Shown: positions 28,997 to 38,453, numbered from the stretch's first letter. The stretch is DNA of 59,537 nt from a virus (IMGVR_UViG_3300022665_000158:1-59537), one strand, 5' to 3'. A program made the numbers and translations. Notes: a model not told the origin generated them from the letters alone.

Positions 28997-29199
28997 TGCT
29001 CAAGCGATATCGAAGCAAGGTCATTCGGTTCAAGGGCGATGACGGTAGGCGTGCTCGGGTTAAGTTCGTCGGAGGGATACGGCCATATTTTTGGATCGGG
29101 GACAAGTACGTGTTCCTGGGATGGATCGATAACTCAAGAGATGTTCGCCGTCTGCGCCAATGCTGCGACGAGTACCTCGAAGCAAAGGAGAAGTCATGA
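28996..29199 (+). CDS. small hypothetical protein
   Basis: TAATG coupling. Confidence 0.5.
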   Translation: MLKRYRSKVIRFKGDDGRRARVKFVGGIRPYFWIGDKYVFLGWIDNSRDVRRLRQCCDEYLEAKEKS

Positions 29200-29495
29200 A
29201 CAAGAAGGGACACAACTACGTGGCGAACGTCGTGGTGAGTTTCGATTCACTGGAGCAGGCAGAGAACTTCGCCCTCAAGGGCACCCTGATCGGGAAGACG
29301 GTCGCCGAAGATCTCAAAGCCGAGACCGACGACGAACTCAACGCTCTCGACGACCTTTTCGCCTCAGGCGATGGCGTGGCGTGCGAGGTGGACTTCGAGG
29401 ACGGGTTCACCGAAGCCGTGCAGAAGGAATTGGACGCGGCCGTGAATTGCGGAGCTGAGTTCACGCTGGACCTCAAGTGGGTGCCGAACGACTAA
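29196..29495 (+). CDS. acidic hypothetical protein, paralog of 28408..28728
   Basis: AAGGAG SD; shared C-terminal motif. Confidence 0.6.
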   Translation: MNKKGHNYVANVVVSFDSLEQAENFALKGTLIGKTVAEDLKAETDDELNALDDLFASGDGVACEVDFEDGFTEAVQKELDAAVNCGAEFTLDLKWVPND

Positions 29496-30073
29496 TGGCT
29501 ATCCATCGCAAGATCCCCTGGGATGACGAGGCACACAAGCGCCAAGTCAAGAAGCGGCAGATGCTGCCGGAGAACACTCTCTACGCCTCTGCGGCGGACC
29601 CGAGCGCGCGACGCGACATGATGCTCCTCACGGTCATGTTCTGGATCGCGCTCGATACGATGCAGCACAAAGTGCTGAAGACGCACGGCTGGGAGATGAG
29701 CGCCGAGATCCCCGATCACGTGTTCCGATCGTTCCAAGTCATGATGAAGAACGTCCCGAAGGACGAGCGCAAGCTGCTACAGCGCGTACTGTACCATGAC
29801 GCCGACACGTGCTTGAAGGCGTCGCTGTCCGATAGCGCGGTCGGCGCCACGCTGGCCATGGCTCACCTGATTTGCAAGCTGACGGACGAGGGGCTCATCG
29901 CTGACCCGCAGAGTAACGTGGTGATCGCCGCGCTCGGGATCATGCACGAGTCGATCGAAGAGGGCCTACAAGGCCCCTGGCGCTATCTCGAAACGGAGGT
30001 AACATCGGCCGCTGAAGCGATATGGACACGGGCGCAACTGGCGGGCTATCTGAGCGCGTCGGTCAAACACTAG
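29495..30073 (+). CDS. hypothetical protein
   Basis: TAATG coupling; 192 aa. Confidence 0.6.
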   Translation: MAIHRKIPWDDEAHKRQVKKRQMLPENTLYASAADPSARRDMMLLTVMFWIALDTMQHKVLKTHGWEMSAEIPDHVFRSFQVMMKNVPKDERKLLQRVLYHDADTCLKASLSDSAVGATLAMAHLICKLTDEGLIADPQSNVVIAALGIMHESIEEGLQGPWRYLETEVTSAAEAIWTRAQLAGYLSASVKH

Positions 30074-30084
30074 AAGGGAGCACC

Positions 30085-30780
30085 ATGATCATTCAGTTCA
30101 CCGGATGCGGCGGCACGGGCAAGACCACCACGAAGGATCTATTCCTAGCCTCCGAGATCGGTCAGACGTTCAAGACGATCCCTTCCAGCGCGCGGGAGGT
30201 CTCGAAGGAATGGGGCCTCGAAACGGAGGACGCTCAGGACAAGCTGACGGTTCAGGAGTTCCTGAATTTCCAGCGCCACGTCACAACGCGGTTCATCGCC
30301 GACGTCAACGCACTGGTAGCCCGCGGCGAGAACGTGATCACGGAGCGCAGTATGGTCGACCACTGCGGCTATACCATCCTCAAGTGGGCCCGGCGCTCGG
30401 ACACGCTCACCCCGGCCGAAGAGAACGACGTGCTCGATTTTCAGGAGTGGATGCACGACGCGGCGGTAGAGGAGCTGCGCAAGACCAACATCCTGGCATT
30501 CTTCCCGAGTGGGATTTTCACGCCTCCGACCGACGCGTTCCGTACGAACCGCGAGACGGAGCGGGTGGCGGTCGACGCCATATTCCGAGGCCTGCTGTGG
30601 AAGTTCCAACAGATCATCGGGGGGCAATCCTTCCCGATCGCCACCATGAACGTGACGGACGCCACCGTACGCGGCAAGCACCTCATCGGACTGGCAGTAA
30701 GGGTGCAAGAAGAGCTGGAGGCGGAAAATTTCAACACGGCTGCAATTCTACCGGGCGCTCCGGGCCCCTCAGCCGCCTAG
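30085..30780 (+). CDS. P-loop kinase (AAA_28/NMP-kinase-like)
   Basis: N-terminal Walker A GCGGTGKTT, SAR, TERSMVD. Confidence 0.75.
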   Translation: MIIQFTGCGGTGKTTTKDLFLASEIGQTFKTIPSSAREVSKEWGLETEDAQDKLTVQEFLNFQRHVTTRFIADVNALVARGENVITERSMVDHCGYTILKWARRSDTLTPAEENDVLDFQEWMHDAAVEELRKTNILAFFPSGIFTPPTDAFRTNRETERVAVDAIFRGLLWKFQQIIGGQSFPIATMNVTDATVRGKHLIGLAVRVQEELEAENFNTAAILPGAPGPSAA

Positions 30781-30790
30781 CCGGAAGGGC

Positions 30791-30817
30791 TCAAGTCCCT
30801 GCGCCGGTGGCCGATAA
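30791..30817 (+). promoter_or_regulatory. sigma28/FliA-like promoter candidate
   Basis: Intergenic TCAAGTCC-N11-GCCGATAA, 7 nt before ATG 30825. Confidence 0.55.
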
Positions 30818-30824
30818 GTCTAAC

Positions 30825-31061
30825 ATGAGCAAACGACGGATACTGGAATACGGGGCGGTGGAGCTGGAAACCCACGACGTCGACGCACTGCGGCACGTAC
30901 AGCAAATGCGAGCGAATTCGATGGATGACAGCTTCACCGACGAGCAGCGGATCGCGTCGAAAGACGCGGCGGACCGCTTGGAGCGGCAGTTGAAGCTAGA
31001 AGTCGATCTCCTGAACGACCCCGAGCGCTGGTTCCGCATTCATGGGAGATTCCGAGTATGA
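30825..31061 (+). CDS. hypothetical protein (possibly leaderless)
   Basis: ATG just after the promoter -10; no SD. Confidence 0.5.
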   Translation: MSKRRILEYGAVELETHDVDALRHVQQMRANSMDDSFTDEQRIASKDAADRLERQLKLEVDLLNDPERWFRIHGRFRV

Positions 31062-31231
31062 GCGCAAAATTCGTGAAGCTGCCCGCCTTGGGGCGAGCAC
31101 TCAACGAGATCGGCCTTGAGTTCGAGGCGCTGGATCGGATCACCTGCCGCAACTGCAAGCGCGAGACCGCGGCCTGTGAACTGAAGACCCACGACGGGCA
31201 GTGCATGTGCTGCCACCAGTACCGGAAGTAA
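31058..31231 (+). CDS. 57-aa zinc-finger protein (not in the ORF track)
   Basis: CRNC...CMCC; ATGA coupling. Confidence 0.45.
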   Translation: MSAKFVKLPALGRALNEIGLEFEALDRITCRNCKRETAACELKTHDGQCMCCHQYRK

Positions 31232-31235
31232 CGCC

Positions 31236-31454
31236 ATGGGTGACACGACTCCGAGCCTATTGACTCGCATTCGGGAAGCGGAAGCGGCCCGGATTGTCGA
31301 GATCGTCGAAGCGCACGCCGACATGGATGAGCGCGGGAACCGCGTGCTTGTCGATCTGATCATCGACGAGATCGGCGGCGGATCCGAGACGCGGAAGGCG
31401 TCGCTTGGAACGGACGCTCACTTGCGCCCGATCGATCCGGATCGGAAGCTGTAA
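31236..31454 (+). CDS. hypothetical protein
   Basis: Operon ORF. Confidence 0.5.
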   Translation: MGDTTPSLLTRIREAEAARIVEIVEAHADMDERGNRVLVDLIIDEIGGGSETRKASLGTDAHLRPIDPDRKL

Positions 31455-31554
31455 TGCCAAACTGGATCGACACCATGACGTGGTACAACTGGGTGGGCAT
31501 GGCTGCGGTCGTCGCGACGTACTGCGTGTGCGCGTACCGCATAGGGAGAGCGTA

Positions 31555-31857
31555 ATGCGAAAGAAACGGGAATTCGAAGTAACCCTCAAGGTGAAGGTCG
31601 AGTGCCTGAGCCTCGAGCAAGCCAACACAATCGCCAACGGCATCGTCGAGGATCTGAAGCGCTGCGGGGAATACTACATCGACCGGCCGATCAATGATGT
31701 GCGCTGGAGCGCGATCTGTCCGGTGTTCGATCAGACGCTGCCTACCGAGATCGAGGTGGCCAACGCCGTGGACGACGCCGTGGCTGCCGTGAACCTCGCG
31801 ATGGATCAGTCGGATGCGATCGACTACCGCGATCAGCCGAACGACGTGGACCTATAA
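31555..31857 (+). CDS. hypothetical protein
   Basis: GGGAG SD. Confidence 0.5.
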   Translation: MRKKREFEVTLKVKVECLSLEQANTIANGIVEDLKRCGEYYIDRPINDVRWSAICPVFDQTLPTEIEVANAVDDAVAAVNLAMDQSDAIDYRDQPNDVDL

Positions 31858-32141
31858 TGGGGATGCCTGCGCGGGAAGTGATGGTGGTCTGCGAGACCAC
31901 GGCGGCGATTGTTCTCCACCTGAGGGACGTGGGTGACGGGCAGATCAACTACTCGGGGCGCGACGCGTACGCGAAGACGCTGTGTGGCGCCGACGTCGGG
32001 TGGGATACGAAGAATGACCTAGCCGAGTCGAATTGCCGCCACTGCTTGATGGTCGTATCGAGTCGGGCCGCGAAGACGGCCGCGTACGTGGCCAAGCAAG
32101 CGCGTGCGAAAGCGCAGGGAGAAACGGAAAATGAAATTTAG
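31857..32141 (+). CDS. hypothetical Zn-binding protein
   Basis: HLR, TLCG, CRHC. Confidence 0.5.
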   Translation: MGMPAREVMVVCETTAAIVLHLRDVGDGQINYSGRDAYAKTLCGADVGWDTKNDLAESNCRHCLMVVSSRAAKTAAYVAKQARAKAQGETENEI

Positions 32142-33240
32142 CCTCGATGCGGTGCTACTTGTAAAGGCGCTCCGAAGGGTGAAGGGCGCTATGTCGAAGA
32201 GAGTCACGATGCCGATCCTGGGTTCGGTGGTGATCGAAGCCCGTAAGGGTAAGGTGACCTTCAGAGCTACCGATTTGGAGACCGGGGTTGAAATCACGGA
32301 ACGCGGGGCGGTTGTGGAGAAGCACGGCGTGGTCGTACTCCCCCTCGACAAGGCGCTCAAGCTAATACGCAAACTCAAGGGCCAAGTTTCGTTGGAGTCG
32401 GGTGACGCCTTCGCCACTGTGATCCGATGCCCGGATCGGAAATCGAAGACGACGCTGGCGGGGCATCCTGTCGATGAGTTCCCCACCCTGCCGAGCGTGC
32501 TTGAGAATTCGTTGGAGATTGACGCCGGGGCATTTGGCACGGCAGTCGCAACCGTTCTACACGCGACTTCAAAAGACGAGACGCGGTACAACCTCAACGG
32601 GGTGTATATCGACGCAGGCTCCAAGAAGAAGAGCGTTCAGGTGGTTGCGACCGACGGCCATCGCCTTGCGGTGGCGGATATGGGGTCGATCAAACTCCCG
32701 TGGGAGGGTGGGATCATCGTTCCACTCAAGGGCGCGAAATACCTCACCGATTTCCTGAAAGGCGAGGATACGGTGACGATCGCTCACGAGAAGAACGCGC
32801 TCTGTGTGTCGGGCGTCTCCTGGGTGGTGAGTATCAGGTTGATCGACGGCGAGTACCCGGACTACAAGAAGGTGATCCCGAAAAAGGGTGGCGAGACGCT
32901 GACCGCAGACCAGAAGGAATTCAGCGAAGCCCTCGCAACGGCGAATGAGATGGCACTCGAACGAACCCGGACGGTCAAGCTGGTGCTCGACGGCGGCCTT
33001 GAACTCCACACATCGAACCCGGATCTCGGCGATTCGGTGGTTGAGTGCCCCTGCGAGTGGTCGGGCACGGAGGCCCGGAAGCTGGCGTTCAACGGCCGGT
33101 ACCTGACCGAGGCGATCGCGGCCGTATGTGACGGCCGGGTGCGGATTGAGTTTGCGCCCGACAACGCCGAATTGAGCCCCATACGGATCTCGGGTAGCAA
33201 GAAGTTCCCCTTCGCTGTCGTTATGCCGATGCGCGTATGA
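32131..33240 (+). CDS. dnaN: DNA polymerase III beta sliding clamp
   Basis: PIL, ATDLE, DETRYNLNGV, VATDGHRLA, RLIDGEYPDY, FN..YL, VVMPMR; 369 aa. Confidence 0.95.
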   Translation: MKFSLDAVLLVKALRRVKGAMSKRVTMPILGSVVIEARKGKVTFRATDLETGVEITERGAVVEKHGVVVLPLDKALKLIRKLKGQVSLESGDAFATVIRCPDRKSKTTLAGHPVDEFPTLPSVLENSLEIDAGAFGTAVATVLHATSKDETRYNLNGVYIDAGSKKKSVQVVATDGHRLAVADMGSIKLPWEGGIIVPLKGAKYLTDFLKGEDTVTIAHEKNALCVSGVSWVVSIRLIDGEYPDYKKVIPKKGGETLTADQKEFSEALATANEMALERTRTVKLVLDGGLELHTSNPDLGDSVVECPCEWSGTEARKLAFNGRYLTEAIAAVCDGRVRIEFAPDNAELSPIRISGSKKFPFAVVMPMRV

Positions 33241-34692
33241 AACGCCTTCCCGGCAACTGGGCCGTGCGCAAGGGTGGCCTCTGCAAGCCGCGCTGGTGGC
33301 AGGTCATCGAAAATGGTACCGTACTGGACGCACGCCCCTCGGCTGCAAGCGCGTGCCGGCGGGCTCACGCGATCATCGAAGAGCGGCGCAAGCGGCGCAT
33401 TTGGGCGCTCGCGGGGGTGTACCGATGATATGGAACGATCGGACGATCTCTGTGCGGCGCTTTCTGGAGGATTGCATGATCCGCAAACGGCTACGACTCC
33501 CGCCCCTGCCCCCGGCGCCTACGCCCCAGGAGCACCATGATAACGTCGAATTCATGGCCGAGGCCTTGCGGGTGGGGTTCCCGCGTGGGCGCCCGGCGAT
33601 ACTGATTGCCGCGTCGAAGAAGAAGACCGTGTTCGACTGCATCGGCCCCGATGGCCGGATCAGCGACGCGGGGTGGGAATTGCTCGACTTGGACAACCCG
33701 CACACGCGGTACCATTGATGCGGATCCGCTGGCCGTTCACGCGAAACACCCACTGGGAAGACATGAGCGACCTCGAGTGGCTGGATACCGTGATTCGAAA
33801 CGTCCGCCGCGTGAGGTGTGGCGAGACCCCGAACGAGGATGAGGGAAAGCTGATTTGCGACTTGGCCCTGCACGGGCACTTTACTGTGGGTATGACGGTG
33901 AACACCCTGCAAGAGCTAGTCGCGCGCGGGCGGACGTACGAAAGCGAGAAGCTCGTGTGGAAGGGCCGAAAACGAAAATGGAGGTTCCGATGGCGAAGGT
34001 GAAACTGAGAGCGACGCTCACGGTGACGGTGGACTACGAGGTGGCCGACGACTATGACGGCTGCGAGAACCTCTCTTCGCTGATACGCCACGAGGAGACC
34101 GCGATCCGGAACGACCCCACGGACTTCGTGGACGTCCCCAAGGCGAAAATCGAGATCAAGGTTGAGAAGCGCGGGGGCTAATGTTCCTGCGGCGTTCGCC
34201 GATAGGCTGGGTATGAGAGACAAGCACGGAAACGACTGGACCCCGCCGGGTGACCCGCTCGAGTCAGAGCGATGCGAGACCCCTGGGTGCCCGACGCGGC
34301 GTATGGCAGCGCGATGATGATCATGCTGCTGAAGCTGCGCGCGTCGCTCGAGCGAAAGCTGACGACGTACAACGTGCCGTCTGCGGATCTCGAGGAGACC
34401 ATCTACGGGTACGCGGACGTCGAGGCGATGATCCTGCAAGCGGGCGGTGACCCGCACGGCCTCACGCACTGAGGAGAGCGCTATGATGCCCAGCTACACA
34501 GTATCCTATTCGTGGAGCGCTCACCGCCAAAAGCATGACCGCTTCACAGATCGTTTCACGATTAACCCCGGCAGCCAAGTTTCTATCTGGCTGTTCGGTT
34601 GGGTCATTTGCTACACGGGCAAGAGCAGCAAGTACCCACCTGAGACGAAGCCCAAGTTTCAACCTTGGCGCGACGCACTGAGGAGAGGTTGA
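33237..34692 (+). other. run of about 7 small hypothetical CDSs (33237-33428, 33425-33718, 33718-34002, 33990-34181, 34272-34472, 34483-34692)
   Basis: Tightly coupled ORFs; no recognised families. Confidence 0.5.
34179..34205 (+). promoter_or_regulatory. sigma28/FliA-like promoter candidate
   Basis: TAATGTTC-N11-GCCGATAG in an intergenic gap, 7 nt before ATG 34213. Confidence 0.5.
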
Positions 34693-35063
34693 TGGGCGTA
34701 CAGATCATCGCGTGGGGGACGAAGCACGGCCCCGCACCCGCCAACGATTTCGAGTTTAATCTGAGGGGGCTGCGCAACCCCTACCGCCTCAAAAACCTCC
34801 GCTATCTGACGGGGCACGACGAACTGGTACGTCAGAATGTGTGGGATTCCCCGCACGTGGAAGAGCGGTACGCTCACATAATTCGCAAGGTGTCCGAGCA
34901 TGTTCGTAGCGGGCGGGACACGACGGTGGTATTCACTTGCTTTGCCGGGCGGCATCGGTCTGTGACCTTTGCGTACCGGCTGGCTGAAGACATGCGGGCG
35001 ATGGGCGTCGAGACGAAACTCGAAACCCCGTTCGCACGAGGAGAAGACCATGAACGTGGGTGA
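34692..35063 (+). CDS. stand-alone RapZ C-terminal-domain protein
   Basis: WG.KHGP, FNLRGLRNPY, LTG.D..V, CFAGRHRSV..A. Confidence 0.8.
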   Translation: MGVQIIAWGTKHGPAPANDFEFNLRGLRNPYRLKNLRYLTGHDELVRQNVWDSPHVEERYAHIIRKVSEHVRSGRDTTVVFTCFAGRHRSVTFAYRLAEDMRAMGVETKLETPFARGEDHERG

Positions 35064-35280
35064 CCTACGCAAGAAGCTGGAAGGCGTGGCGGACGAGATG
35101 GTGGTAGTTCACGTGAACGACTTCGGCTACGGTGAGATCGTTTCCGACTCGGGAGCGATCGGTGTGGATCTGCGACAAGTCTGCGACCCGGAGAATCCGT
35201 GGAACGTGAACTGTCTAACCGACCCGAAGAACGTGTTCGTGCTCCCCGAGACGTTCCTACAATGGACGTCGGGGGATTGA
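35050..35280 (+). CDS. hypothetical protein
   Basis: MNVGDLRKKLE start after AGGAG. Confidence 0.5.
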   Translation: MNVGDLRKKLEGVADEMVVVHVNDFGYGEIVSDSGAIGVDLRQVCDPENPWNVNCLTDPKNVFVLPETFLQWTSGD

Positions 35281-35281
35281 C

Positions 35282-35797
35282 GTGCCGCGCCGTCCGAGTT
35301 ACAGACTCATGGACTCCGCTGAGTTCTGTCAGCTGCACGAGGTCGCGCAAATCAATATGGTCGCGGCGGGTGAGGTGAGAAACGGAATTATGTCGGTACC
35401 CGATCATGACGCTCCCCTGCGCATGTGCTTCTGGTGTGGTGAGATGATCGAGATTCTCTTGATCGGGAACCTCACCGCGAAACAGAAGAAGACCTTCGAC
35501 GCCCACAATGAGATCGACGCGCAAGCGCCCCTCATGCTCGTGACCGATCACGAACCCTGTCCCGAATGCGCGGAGAAGATGGGCCGCGGCATTTGCATCA
35601 TGGAGGCCGAAGGCAAGGGCGCCCGGGCGATTGCCACCGGCCGCTACTGGGTGTTCACCGCCTCAACGATCGAGACGCTCATCGCCGACCCCAAGGTACG
35701 CGAAAGCATCCTGCGAAAGCGGCGGGCGCTCATCGACAAGGAAACCGCGCGGGCGCTCGGCTTCTACGACATGGAACCCCCGGAGCGGCTCAATTGA
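35282..35797 (+). CDS. hypothetical Zn-binding protein
   Basis: CFWCGE...EPCPEC, TGRYW. Confidence 0.6.
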   Translation: MPRRPSYRLMDSAEFCQLHEVAQINMVAAGEVRNGIMSVPDHDAPLRMCFWCGEMIEILLIGNLTAKQKKTFDAHNEIDAQAPLMLVTDHEPCPECAEKMGRGICIMEAEGKGARAIATGRYWVFTASTIETLIADPKVRESILRKRRALIDKETARALGFYDMEPPERLN

Positions 35798-35997
35798 TGC
35801 CCGTCTACAACTACCTCTGCGAGAAGGGCCACAAATTCGAGCGGGAGCATTCGGTCACGGATTCGGTGATCTTCAAGTGCCCGATGTGGATGACCGCGAG
35901 CAGCCGCCAGTGCGGAAAGCCCGTCAAGCGGCAGATCAGCGAGGGCACGTCGTTCAGTCTGAAGGGCGGCGGATGGGCGAAGGATGGATACTCATGA
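35797..35997 (+). CDS. FmdB-family zinc-ribbon protein
   Basis: MPVYNYLC..GH.FE, CP..CG....RQIS...F.LKGGGW..DGY. Confidence 0.85.
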   Translation: MPVYNYLCEKGHKFEREHSVTDSVIFKCPMWMTASSRQCGKPVKRQISEGTSFSLKGGGWAKDGYS

Positions 35998-36124
35998 GAC
36001 GCAACTGCGAATTCTGTAACCGATTCTGGCGGTGGGTGGCTACCTTCGCCCTGCCGCTTCTAAGCATCATCATGGCGGGTTTCGTGGCCGGCTGCCTGAT
36101 CGCCTTCCAATGGGCCTCAACGCG

Positions 36125-36611
36125 GTGAGACACCTCACCCTGCCTACCCGCGTGGGATCGGTCACCCTGAGCGCGTCTAGCATCGCTGCGATCGAATCCA
36201 CGGGCGAGCGCGCCTGCAAGATACACCTGAAAAGCGCTAATGTTTCTGACCCGTCGACCGATAAGTACCACCATGAAGGCTACAGCGCCCCGGAGCACCA
36301 CAACACGTTCGAAGTCAAATGGGACGCGGACGCCCTGCGGAACGTCATCGCACACATGCCCGACGGGGATCACTTCGACCCCTGGAATTTGGAGACTCTC
36401 GAAGATGAGTGACACACGGCTGGAGGTAACGCCGGCGGATGCGTTCGTGACCCTGCACGCGCTGGCCATTAAATACGCGCTCACGGAAGACGAGGTGGCT
36501 CAAGACCCCGAGCGACTCGCGGCCCGTCGAGAAGAAGAACAGACCTCGTTCGATATCGTCGAGGAGTTCCTACAGACTCACCTGTACGGGGACTGCAAGC
36601 CATGCGAATAG
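36125..36611 (+). other. two small hypothetical CDSs (about 36125-36412 and 36405-36611)
   Basis: Coupled ORFs. Confidence 0.45.
36238..36264 (+). promoter_or_regulatory. sigma28/FliA-like promoter candidate (intragenic)
   Basis: TAATGTTT-N11-ACCGATAA. Confidence 0.35.
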
Positions 36612-37018
36612 CACTCGACTTCGACGGGACGGTGGTGGAGCGGGGCAGCTACCCGAAAATCGGGGAAGACCTGGGGGCGATCCCCACCCTGCTACGGATC
36701 CAAGAACTCGGCGCCAAGATATTCCTGTGGACGTGCCGGGGGCAAAAAGAGCTGGCCGAGGCCGAGCAATACCTAGAGCAGCGGGGGATCAACCTGCACG
36801 CGCCCGAGTACCTACAGGGGGCCGCGAAGCCGGTGGCTGACCTCTACATCGACGACCGCGGGCTCGGCGCCCCGCTCACCGTGTATGGGCTGGACTGGAA
36901 GGCGGTGAGCCCTAGACTGATCGAGGCAATGGAATCGCTACGACGTGCGGAGGCGGGACGGATACCGCCTCAAGAGGCCGACTCACCCCGGTCTCGACAA
37001 GGGGACGGGGAATCCTGA
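36602..37018 (+). CDS. HAD-superfamily phosphatase (BT0820-like)
   Basis: DFDGT motif I, WTCR motif II, K..ADLYIDDR motifs III/IV. Confidence 0.85.
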   Translation: MRIALDFDGTVVERGSYPKIGEDLGAIPTLLRIQELGAKIFLWTCRGQKELAEAEQYLEQRGINLHAPEYLQGAAKPVADLYIDDRGLGAPLTVYGLDWKAVSPRLIEAMESLRRAEAGRIPPQEADSPRSRQGDGES

Positions 37019-37061
37019 GACGCGGCAGTGCTCGCCGACGTCTCACCCCGCCCTTCGCACG
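36944..37061 (+). ncRNA. candidate multi-stem structured RNA
   Basis: 14-bp closing stem 36944-36957/37047-37061 enclosing three hairpins. Confidence 0.4.
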
Positions 37062-37122
37062 GCGTTGTAAGGTATCAAAAGAGTCACTTTAATAGCCCTT
37101 ATGGGCCATAAGGAACAGTATC

Positions 37123-37386
37123 ATGCGTTTTATCCCCCGCGGCCTTTTCAGCAAGAAGCCGAAGCAGTCGAACGAGTTCCGCTACGGCGACGACGGTACG
37201 ATCCACCACACCGGACACGTTGACGTCGAACTCGGGCCGACCGGCACGGTCGTCGCGGTGTGGTTCCGATGCCGGATGCTGCCGTTCTCACAGAGCGTCG
37301 TAGCCGACTCGCGCGTCCAGTCGATGCTGGAGAACCCGTCAGCCGCCGATATCAAAGCGATCATATTCGAGGAGCCCCCGGTATGA
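37123..37386 (+). CDS. hypothetical protein
   Basis: AAGGA SD. Confidence 0.6.
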   Translation: MRFIPRGLFSKKPKQSNEFRYGDDGTIHHTGHVDVELGPTGTVVAVWFRCRMLPFSQSVVADSRVQSMLENPSAADIKAIIFEEPPV

Positions 37387-37739
37387 CCGAATTCCCCACG
37401 AAGAAAGGAATGACTCTACGGCGTTTCGCGCACAAGATGCATTTCGTCTGCACGTGCTGCGACGGCTCGAAGTATTCCAAGTTCCGAGCCGATACGCCCG
37501 ACGGCGTGATCTGCAATCGCTGCTACGGGCGGAAGTTACAGGGCGCCCCGCCGGTGAAGGAAGCAGAGGCCCCTCTCGTATTGAGCGGGACGGTAACCGG
37601 GCGCACTGCGAGCGGGAAGTTGCCTGTGCTACAGATCAAGTTCAATCGCACGCCCCCGCAAATGGGCCTGCGCGGATGCAAGCGCTTGCATTTGACTTCG
37701 GGCAAATGCGGAAAGGAGTTCGGATGCGAATCAGGCTAG
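37383..37739 (+). CDS. hypothetical Zn-finger protein
   Basis: CTCC...ICNRCYG; palindrome copy 7 near the 3' end. Confidence 0.5.
   Translation: MTEFPTKKGMTLRRFAHKMHFVCTCCDGSKYSKFRADTPDGVICNRCYGRKLQGAPPVKEAEAPLVLSGTVTGRTASGKLPVLQIKFNRTPPQMGLRGCKRLHLTSGKCGKEFGCESG
37677..37690. repeat. 14-bp palindrome, copy 7
   Basis: Exact match, 33 nt upstream of ATG 37724. Confidence 0.95.
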
Positions 37740-38248
37740 TTATCGACCTCATGTACCCGGGCGTGACGTCCGCGGCGGACGAAGAGCTAATAAAGCACCG
37801 ACTGTCGGCGCAGGTACTGGCCGCGGCGCGGACGAAGCAATTCAACGTGCTGGCGCAGGACGAGCGGGAGACGATCAAGGTGGAGGAGATCATGGTCGGC
37901 TGTGCCCGGGTGGAGGACACGGAGCCCGTGGTGGCCACGCAGACCGTAGACCCGGGGCTCCCGGAACATCGGGTGAGTCCCTGTGACTGTGACGAGGATC
38001 CCCACGTCTACGGGGACGAAGACGGGGATTACTGGTTTGCCTCCGGCCACCTAACGGTGGACGAGATGACGGCCGCGGTACTCGCCTGGGAGGCTGAAGT
38101 AGCCGACGAGATACCGTCCGGGGATGTGAATCGGCTCACTCACTCCCACTACTTCGTGATAGAAGACCCGGAGAACAGCGAGATGTACAAGCTCGTCGAG
38201 GGCGATGTTCAAGGGGCGCAGCCCATGACGAGCATTCGGAGGGCGTAA
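37724..38248 (+). CDS. acidic hypothetical protein
   Basis: AAGGAG SD. Confidence 0.55.
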   Translation: MRIRLVIDLMYPGVTSAADEELIKHRLSAQVLAAARTKQFNVLAQDERETIKVEEIMVGCARVEDTEPVVATQTVDPGLPEHRVSPCDCDEDPHVYGDEDGDYWFASGHLTVDEMTAAVLAWEAEVADEIPSGDVNRLTHSHYFVIEDPENSEMYKLVEGDVQGAQPMTSIRRA

Positions 38249-38401
38249 TGGCGAAGGAAACGGCCCTACAGCGGAACCGGCGCCTGAGGCGGATCAAACG
38301 GCCCCGATGGAACTCCAAGCGGAAACAGCGCGCGCGGGCGTGGCCTGTAAAGGCACCACAGCCCTCCACAGAGATTATTTTGCCTTAGGCCCCATTTTTC
38401 C

Positions 38402-38428
38402 TAAGGTTTTCGGCCGGTTATCCGATAT
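38402..38428 (+). promoter_or_regulatory. sigma28/FliA-like promoter candidate
   Basis: Intergenic TAAGGTTT-N11-TCCGATAT with an AT-rich upstream element. Confidence 0.6.
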
Positions 38429-38453
38429 ACTGAAGGACACCACGGGGGTACCA

